Source of the DNA: Nocardioidaceae bacterium
GTDB taxonomy: Bacteria > Actinomycetota > Actinomycetes > Propionibacteriales > Nocardioidaceae
Direction of reading: 5' to 3'
Assembly (NCBI GenBank): GCA_031365435.1
Contig: JANLYC010000123.1
Span: 1 to 38,997, forward strand
DNA: 38,997 nucleotides
The position numbers and the translations under genes are program-made. Every line of letters starts with the position of its first letter. The stretch's first letter is position 1. Positions 33,389 to 38,997 of this stretch are shown here, one piece after another. A model generated the notes under the pieces. The model had not been told where the DNA came from. It saw nothing but the letters and a program-made list of their open reading frames with translations, and made no database searches.

Positions 33389-33928
33389 TCAGCTGTCCAG
33401 CCGCCAGGCCAGCACGGCCGTCACCACCGCGGCACCCACGAAGGCAAGTGCGGTCACGCCGACACCGGCCGGTGCCGGGTCGGCGTCCAGCGTGACGACC
33501 ACCGTCCAGATCAGGAACGTCACCAGGGCGACCACTCCCGTCTGGCCGAGCCAATGCTGCATCAACACGGCGTCGTACGGCGCATGGTCGGGCAGCGAAG
33601 CCGCCCGGGCCGCGGCCACGTGCACCACGAGCACGCACAGAGCGGGCACGACCGACCAGGTCACCGACACCGGCCGCACCACGATGACCCACTGGGCGCA
33701 CATCGCCGCGATCACGACCAGCGGCGCAGAAGAGTCCGGCACCACGGCGGCCACACAGCCCAGCAGGACAAGGCCGACGAGGAGCCAGGTGCTGTAGCCG
33801 CCCAGTGCAGAGGCGGTCAGCGACGACACAGCGACGCTCAGGACCAGCGTGCCCCGCACGACCAGTCCACTGGTCCCGATGCGCTCGAGGAACTCACTCA
33901 CGTCCACGTACGCCGCCGGGAGTCTCAC
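33389..33928 (-). CDS. Integral membrane protein (unknown family), last gene of the moxR operon
   Basis: 179 aa with 4-5 hydrophobic helices. GTG 33928 overlaps the DUF58 gene stop (GTGA). Confidence 0.6.
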   Translation of the reverse strand: MRLPAAYVDVSEFLERIGTSGLVVRGTLVLSVAVSSLTASALGGYSTWLLVGLVLLGCVAAVVPDSSAPLVVIAAMCAQWVIVVRPVSVTWSVVPALCVLVVHVAAARAASLPDHAPYDAVLMQHWLGQTGVVALVTFLIWTVVVTLDADPAPAGVGVTALAFVGAAVVTAVLAWRLDS

Positions 33929-35250
33929 CGCACGGCCATCCGGGGGGCCCGCACCTTGCGGGCGACGTCGCGCAGCACCTGGTCGAGGCTGCCGGGGCCA
34001 CGCCAGTCGACCACCGGTACGCCGGCCCGGGTGACGCTACGGATGTCGGCGGAGCGTTCGAGCAGCCTGATGCGCCACGCAAGCTCGGTCGTCTCGCGGG
34101 CAGGGTCGGCAGGGTCGACGTGGTGCTCGACACGGTGCGGCAGCGTGTCGACGACGACCAGGACCAGGCCGCTGCGAGTGAGGCTGACGGCTCGTTGCAT
34201 GGGCCGTGACGAGATCAGGGGGGAGCACATGAGCACGAGGGCGCCGGCGTCGATCCGCATCCTTGGATCGACACGCTCGTCGTCCGCGCCTCCCGCCTCG
34301 ATGCGGGCCAGAGCAGCCAGCATGCGACGTAGGTGCGACACCCCGGTGGCCGCACGCACCACCACCGGCCTGCGCGCCTGGGTGACCTGAAGCCCTACCC
34401 GGTCGCCGCGCCGCACGTGGTGCTCGCAGAGCGCGGCAGCGGCGCGCACGGTCGCGTCGAGGCTGCTCGCTGAGCCGTCGATTCCACGGCTGACACCAAC
34501 GTCGTTGCTGGCGTCGACCACGACGATGACCTGGCTGTCGTTGTCGGCGTACGTCGCGGTGACGTTGAGGCCGTCCGACCGCAAGGACGAGGGCCAGTGG
34601 ATCCTCCGCAACCGGTCGCCGAGCTGGAAGGGCCGGATGCTGGCGAACTCGCTGCCGGCACCAGGACGCGCCGACCGGTCGACTCCCACGAGTCCCTGAG
34701 GGTGCGGCATGGGTGCTCGTCCGTCGAACACTGCGGCCTCCGGAGTCACCTCGACAGTCCAGGCCGTCGTCATCGTCGGTCCCCACTGGTACGCGCCCCA
34801 GCTGCTGAGCGAACCGACCGCGGCGGGGCCCACCACGTGGTGGCCCCAGCGTGCCATCCGAACGGTCAGCTCGAGGGTCGTCGCCGGCTTGTCGGCGTCG
34901 ACGGCGCGGATGACGGTGCCGTTGTGCGGCCGCGTCTCGACCCAGGGGGTCGCGGTGCTCGACACAGAGAGCTCCCTCGCGCCGACGGGAGTGGTCACGC
35001 TGAACTGCACGGTTGTTGCCCGGCCCTCGCGCAACCTCCGGCGACCGATGGTGGCCGCCACCGTCGGAGCACCGTGCGGCCGCGACAGCACGGACCACAC
35101 CGCCACCACGAGCAGGGGCGTGCCGATGACGAGCAGGTCGGGCCGGTGCAACGCCACCGCGACGACGAGACCCAGCGCGCCGAGCACCAGCGCCCGGGCA
35201 TGCGCCCAGGTGGGTGCCCACCGGTCGGAGTCCAGCGCTGGTTCAGCCAT
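33925..35250 (-). CDS. DUF58-family protein (vWA-like, MoxR partner) with two N-terminal TM helices
   Basis: 441 aa from ATG 35250, 2 nt after the moxR stop. DUF58 hallmark: GSEFASIRPFQLGDRLRRIHWPSSLR followed by VIVVVDASNDVG (degenerate MIDAS). Confidence 0.8.
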   Translation of the reverse strand: MAEPALDSDRWAPTWAHARALVLGALGLVVAVALHRPDLLVIGTPLLVVAVWSVLSRPHGAPTVAATIGRRRLREGRATTVQFSVTTPVGARELSVSSTATPWVETRPHNGTVIRAVDADKPATTLELTVRMARWGHHVVGPAAVGSLSSWGAYQWGPTMTTAWTVEVTPEAAVFDGRAPMPHPQGLVGVDRSARPGAGSEFASIRPFQLGDRLRRIHWPSSLRSDGLNVTATYADNDSQVIVVVDASNDVGVSRGIDGSASSLDATVRAAAALCEHHVRRGDRVGLQVTQARRPVVVRAATGVSHLRRMLAALARIEAGGADDERVDPRMRIDAGALVLMCSPLISSRPMQRAVSLTRSGLVLVVVDTLPHRVEHHVDPADPARETTELAWRIRLLERSADIRSVTRAGVPVVDWRGPGSLDQVLRDVARKVRAPRMAVR

Positions 35251-35252
35251 GA

Positions 35253-36257
35253 TCAGGCCGGTTCGTCGGCAGCTGGGGTGGGCACTGAGGCGAGCACGTC
35301 TTCGACCACGGTGCCGTGGGTGACCGCGGTCATCCACAGTTCGGGCCGGAGGGTCAGCCGGTGGTCGAGGACGGGGTGAGCAACGGCCTTGACGTCCTCG
35401 GGGACGACGTAGTCGCGGCCGCGGATGACCGCAAGCGCGCGGGACGTGAGCAGCAGGCCCAGTGCACCGCGTGGCGACGCGCCCACCATGACGTGTCCGT
35501 GGTCGCGGGTGGCAGCCGACAGGTCCACGCAGTAGCGGCCGATGGAATCGTCGACCGTCACTGTCTCGACGGTCGCCTGCATCGCCAGCAGCGTGGCCGG
35601 GTCGGTGATGGCGCGCAGCGTCTGCTCCTCGCGTCGGCGTGCCAGCCGGCGCCGGAGCACCTCAACCTCTTCCGTGGCCGAGGCGTAGCCGAAGCTGACC
35701 CGCATGAGGAAACGGTCGAGCTGGGCCTCGGGGAGGGGATAGGTGCCCTCGTACTCGACCGGGTTTGCGGTGGCGAGCACGTGGAACGGCGCGGGAAGCG
35801 TGAAGGTCTCGCCTTCGACCGTCACCTGCCGCTCCTGCATGGCCTCGAGCAGGGCCGCCTGGGTCTTCGGCGGTGTCCGGTTGATCTCGTCGGCGAGCAG
35901 CAGGCCGGTGAAGATCGGTCCCTTACGGAAGCTGAACTCCCCGTTGCGCTGGTCGTAGATGAACGAACCGGTCAGGTCGCCGGGCAGGAGATCGGGAGTG
36001 AACTGCGCCCGGGCGAACTCGAGCCCGAGCGTCTGGGCGAACGAGCGGGCCGCCAGCGTCTTGCCGAGCCCGGGGAAGTCCTCCAGCAGCACGTGGCCGC
36101 CGGCGAGGATAGCGCTGAGGACCAGCTCGAGCGCCGCCCGTTTGCCCACGACCGCACGATCGACCTCGTCGAGCACGGCCGCCGCGCGTGCTCCGACCGC
36201 CGAGACGGTGAGCGGAGGGGACTGGGCATCGTCGGTGTTGGCCGCCAGGTCGCTCAC
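35253..36257 (-). CDS. moxR: MoxR-family AAA+ ATPase
   Basis: 334 aa from GTG 36257, which overlaps the upstream stop (GTGA). Walker A is in LEDFPGLGKT and Walker B in LLLADEINRTPPKTQAALLEAMQE. Further motifs are VLATANP.E.EGTYPLPEAQLDRF and ASPRG. The track ORF up to 36836 is an over-extension. Confidence 0.9.
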   Translation of the reverse strand: MSDLAANTDDAQSPPLTVSAVGARAAAVLDEVDRAVVGKRAALELVLSAILAGGHVLLEDFPGLGKTLAARSFAQTLGLEFARAQFTPDLLPGDLTGSFIYDQRNGEFSFRKGPIFTGLLLADEINRTPPKTQAALLEAMQERQVTVEGETFTLPAPFHVLATANPVEYEGTYPLPEAQLDRFLMRVSFGYASATEEVEVLRRRLARRREEQTLRAITDPATLLAMQATVETVTVDDSIGRYCVDLSAATRDHGHVMVGASPRGALGLLLTSRALAVIRGRDYVVPEDVKAVAHPVLDHRLTLRPELWMTAVTHGTVVEDVLASVPTPAADEPA

Positions 36258-36736
36258 AGCGCCTCGATTCGGGTGAGAAGGTCGGAGAGCTGTCGCCGGC
36301 TGGTGCGTGCTGCGGGTGTGGCGACATACGCTGCGAGGACGGTTCCGAGGACGGCGTGGGCCTGTTCGGGATGGGCCGTCCGGTCGATGCCGTGGTGAGC
36401 AGTGAGCCGGTCGTCGATGACCCGGACCAGGGTCGTGTGCAGCTGAGCCGCCAGCACCTGGGGGTCGCGATTCTCGCTGAGGTCCTGCGAGAGGCGGGAG
36501 AAGCGCGCGTCGAGACCGTAGCGGGGCCGTGCGCTGCGCCGAGGTGCCGACCAGCTGATGGTCTCGACACCGGCATGAACGTGGGTCACGAGAGCTCCGA
36601 AGGTGACGCAGGTGACCGTGGCCAGGAGCACCAGCAGCGGCTGTGGGCGCAGACCGACCCACGCCGTGAAGCCCCACCCGACAAGGCCGGCCAGCAGACC
36701 GTAGGTGAGGCGTCGGACCCACTGGCGTGCCGTCAT
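36254..36736 (-). CDS. Small membrane protein (two TM helices + helical cytoplasmic part), unknown family
   Basis: 160 aa. ATG 36736 overlaps the DUF4129 gene stop (ATGA). It occupies the position usually taken by a DUF4350-type gene in such operons but is much shorter. Confidence 0.6.
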   Translation of the reverse strand: MTARQWVRRLTYGLLAGLVGWGFTAWVGLRPQPLLVLLATVTCVTFGALVTHVHAGVETISWSAPRRSARPRYGLDARFSRLSQDLSENRDPQVLAAQLHTTLVRVIDDRLTAHHGIDRTAHPEQAHAVLGTVLAAYVATPAARTSRRQLSDLLTRIEAL

Positions 36737-37482
36737 CGCGTACTCGGAGGTGCTGCCGCGATCGGTATGGCGGTCGCTGCGTCCGCCGTCGCTCGATCGA
36801 GGTCGTCTCGGAGGGCGTTGAGCGCATGCACGGCACGCCGCCGCTCCGGCTCGCCCAGCACGTGGCTGGAGAAGCGTGCCTCCCGGTACAGCGACGCGAG
36901 CTCGGCGATGCTGGTGGCCCCGACGGCGAATCGGACGAGCACGGCGGAGGTGAACTCGTGAGGTGTGAACGCCGGGTCGCGATCGAAGCCGGCCCGGGTC
37001 ACAGCCTCCTCGAGCATCATCCAGCAGCGGATGATGGCGTCACCCGGAGTGCCGTGGTCGAGCGCCTCGAGACCGCTGATCGCCGAGCGGCGCAGCCCCT
37101 GAGCGAGGTCGGAATCGACAATGCCGAACACGTCGTCAGCGGCGGGCTCCGGGACCAGCGTGCCCAGACCGCGATGGAGCCGCCGCTCCCGTGCTCGACG
37201 CCAGAGGACCGTGAGCAGTGACAGCGCGAACAGCGAGAGCATGACGTAGACGAAGATCGCGGCGAGGGACGACAAGCCGCTCGACCCGCTCGACGTCTGG
37301 GTGTGCTGCTCGGGGTTGCCGCCGTTCGGGCCTTGAAGCTGCCGCGGCACCACGTGCGGTCGGCCCGACGGCTCGTCGACAGCGCCGCGGAGCACCGGAA
37401 CGAAGGACGTCGTGCTCACCCAGGCCGACAGCAGGATGGCTACGGCGCTCAGGCTCGTCAACCAGACACCGCCCCGTCTCAT
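36733..37482 (-). CDS. DUF4129-domain membrane protein (transglutaminase-accessory-like), first gene of the moxR operon
   Basis: 249 aa with two TM helices. The C-terminal block TPHEFTSAVL...LASLYREARFSSHVL is typical of DUF4129. Confidence 0.7.
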   Translation of the reverse strand: MRRGGVWLTSLSAVAILLSAWVSTTSFVPVLRGAVDEPSGRPHVVPRQLQGPNGGNPEQHTQTSSGSSGLSSLAAIFVYVMLSLFALSLLTVLWRRARERRLHRGLGTLVPEPAADDVFGIVDSDLAQGLRRSAISGLEALDHGTPGDAIIRCWMMLEEAVTRAGFDRDPAFTPHEFTSAVLVRFAVGATSIAELASLYREARFSSHVLGEPERRRAVHALNALRDDLDRATADAATAIPIAAAPPSTR

Positions 37483-37489
37483 GCCGGTG

Positions 37490-37495
37490 AGAGTA
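37490..37495 (-). promoter_or_regulatory. Putative -10 hexamer TACTCT, 7 nt upstream of the operon's first ATG (37482)
   Basis: The minus strand reads TACTCT-CACCGGC-ATG. Confidence 0.35.
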
Positions 37496-37727
37496 CAGCG
37501 GAGAGGGGGGCCAGCGCCGCTGTCGGGAGTCAGGGTCGCGTCAGGGAGGTCCTCGATGTATCACTGCCTCGCGGCCGCCATCCTTGATCGTGACGCCGGG
37601 GCCGCCCCAACGGTGCCGGGCGGCAGGAAACAACGGCTGTTCCGCCTGTCAAGCGGGCTGAAATGGCTTGCCACAGGGCAGTAGAGTGTCGGGTGACGTC
37701 GGCGCGAGAAGAGTGGGAGGGGAGCAG

Positions 37728-38528
37728 GTGAAGAGTGCTGTCTGGCGCGTCACGCGCGAGCTCGTCCTCCTGGCCGTGCTGTATGTCGGCTACTCCGCCG
37801 CGCGGCTGCTGGCGTCCAACGACTCCAGGCTTGCCATCAACCACGCCAACGACGTCCTCGGCGTCGAGCGCTGGTGGCATATCGGCATCGAGGTGTCCTG
37901 GAACTCGGTCCTGATCGACCACCAGGCCCTCAGCGTGTTCGCGGGTTTCTGGTACGCGACCATGCACTACGTCGTGACGCCGATCCTCTTGATCCTGCTC
38001 TGGCGGCATTCGCATGCGCACTACCTGCGGATGCGCAGGATCCTGGTCGGCGCGACAGCCATCGCCCTCGTGGCCTATATCTTCTACCCGACGGCGCCCC
38101 CGCGGATGTTGGACGGCTACGTCGACATCATGTCCTCGACATCGCAATGGGGCTGGTGGGGCGCTTCGGCCTCTGCTCCGCGCGGCCTCGGTGACCTGAC
38201 GAACGAGCTCGCGGCGATGCCGTCTATGCACGTCGGCTGGGCGTTGTGGTGCACGATCGGGGCGATCTCGCTGAGCCGCGCCCTCTGGATGCGCGTCATC
38301 GCCGTCGCCTATGTCGTCATCACCACGCTGGTTGTGGTGGCAACTGCCAACCACTGGCTCCTCGACGCGGTCGTGGGCGCTGCGATCACCGCCGCAGTCT
38401 GGCTCGTCGTACGCCAGTTCGCCCGGGCTCGCGACGCTGAGCAGCAGGCGGCCACCCAGCCTGTGATGGCGGCCGTGCGGCCGGTCGAAGTGCACGGCGA
38501 CCCAGAGCTCTGCCCGGCGCGGCTGTGA
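37728..38528 (+). CDS. PAP2-superfamily membrane protein (inositol-phosphorylceramide-synthase-like PAP2_3 type)
   Basis: Six hydrophobic helices. C-terminal PAP2 motifs are AAMPSMHVGWALW and ATANHWLLDAVVG. GTG 37728 follows GGGAGGGGAGCAG. Alternative in-frame starts are TTG 37668 and GTG 37686. Confidence 0.75.
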   Translation: MKSAVWRVTRELVLLAVLYVGYSAARLLASNDSRLAINHANDVLGVERWWHIGIEVSWNSVLIDHQALSVFAGFWYATMHYVVTPILLILLWRHSHAHYLRMRRILVGATAIALVAYIFYPTAPPRMLDGYVDIMSSTSQWGWWGASASAPRGLGDLTNELAAMPSMHVGWALWCTIGAISLSRALWMRVIAVAYVVITTLVVVATANHWLLDAVVGAAITAAVWLVVRQFARARDAEQQAATQPVMAAVRPVEVHGDPELCPARL

Positions 38529-38541
38529 GCCGTCCTCGTCG

Positions 38542-38997
38542 ATGCGTGGAGTGACCCCGCTCCCGGCAGGTCCCGGAGAGGAGTCGTGCTGGGACTATCC
38601 CCGACCGCCACGCCTCGAGCCCACGAGTGAGCACGTGGTGATCGAGCTGGGAGGGGTGCGCATCGCCGACTCGCGAGCCGCGCTCCGGATGCTCGAGACG
38701 AGCCACCCACCGACGTACTACGTGCCTCGTGTCGCCTTCGTGGCCGGCTCGCTCCGGGCCACTGCGGGATCGTCGATGTGCGAGTGGAAAGGTCGCGCGT
38801 CGTATCTCGACGTCCTCGGCGGCGGCGCTGTCGCGCCACGCGCGGCCTGGTACTACCCGGAGCCCGCGCCCGCCTACCCCGGCCTGCGCGACCACATCGC
38901 CGTCTACCCGGCGGCGATGGACCGCTGCCTCGTCGACGGCGAGCTCGTGGTCCCCCAGGCCGGTGGCTTCTACGGCGGCTGGATCACCTCGCGCGTG
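38542..38997 (+). CDS. DUF427-domain protein, 3'-truncated by the window edge
   Basis: Not in the ORF track because there is no stop in the window. My translation from ATG 38542 is MRGVTPLPAGPGEESCWDYPRPPRLEPTSEHVVIELGGVRIADSRAALRMLETSHPPTYYVPR...CEWKGRASYLDV...AWYYPEP...YPAAMDRCLVDGE. WDYPRPP, ETSHPP.YY.P and CEWKG.A.Y are DUF427 hallmarks. Confidence 0.7.
   Translation, partial: MRGVTPLPAGPGEESCWDYPRPPRLEPTSEHVVIELGGVRIADSRAALRMLETSHPPTYYVPRVAFVAGSLRATAGSSMCEWKGRASYLDVLGGGAVAPRAAWYYPEPAPAYPGLRDHIAVYPAAMDRCLVDGELVVPQAGGFYGGWITSRV

Noticed and set aside
1-38997. Mobile elements, prophage, toxin-antitoxin or known defence systems
   Set aside because: I recognised no integrase, transposase, recombinase, terminal inverted repeats, Cas, restriction-modification or abortive-infection-type proteins. 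The window reads as core chromosome, with the cyanophycin module as the only accessory-looking block.

Overview
This is a very GC-rich chromosomal segment (about 70% by eye) from an actinobacterium. Gene content and local synteny resemble Mycobacterium/Nocardioides-type genomes: fabG-inhA, ACT-domain serB, nfeD-stomatin, divergent glgA/glgC and moxR-DUF58. I call 42 protein-coding genes, two of them cut by the window edges. I found no rRNA, tRNA, CRISPR array, transposase, integrase or recognisable defence genes. Many long ORFs in the track are antisense shadow ORFs typical of GC-rich DNA, or N-terminal over-extensions, and I trimmed the starts accordingly. The most interesting locus is a cyanophycin module at about 1.8-7.7 kb. 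It holds a translationally coupled cphB-cphA operon. Tail-to-tail with it is a paralog that keeps the CphA N-domain and the Mur-ligase (M) domain but has no ATP-grasp domain, an architecture I do not know as characterised. The convergent gap between them holds a 25-bp-stem AT-richer hairpin followed by a 12-bp G-tract tandem repeat. The cphB promoter region holds three CACGTG palindromes spaced 14-15 bp apart. Other notable items are listed below.
- An RqlH-type RecQ helicase with a degenerate ComF/PRTase-like tail sits next to a sucrase/ferredoxin-like gene.
- A five-gene DUF4129/TM/MoxR/DUF58/TM operon is stitched together by 4-nt start/stop overlaps.
- An NfeD/stomatin/TauE unit carries 33-bp hendecad repeats.
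- A TANNNT hexamer recurs 6-8 nt upstream of at least 13 start codons. This is the signature of leaderless transcripts, and I used it to refine start sites.
All functional calls come from motif and family recognition by eye; no searches were run.
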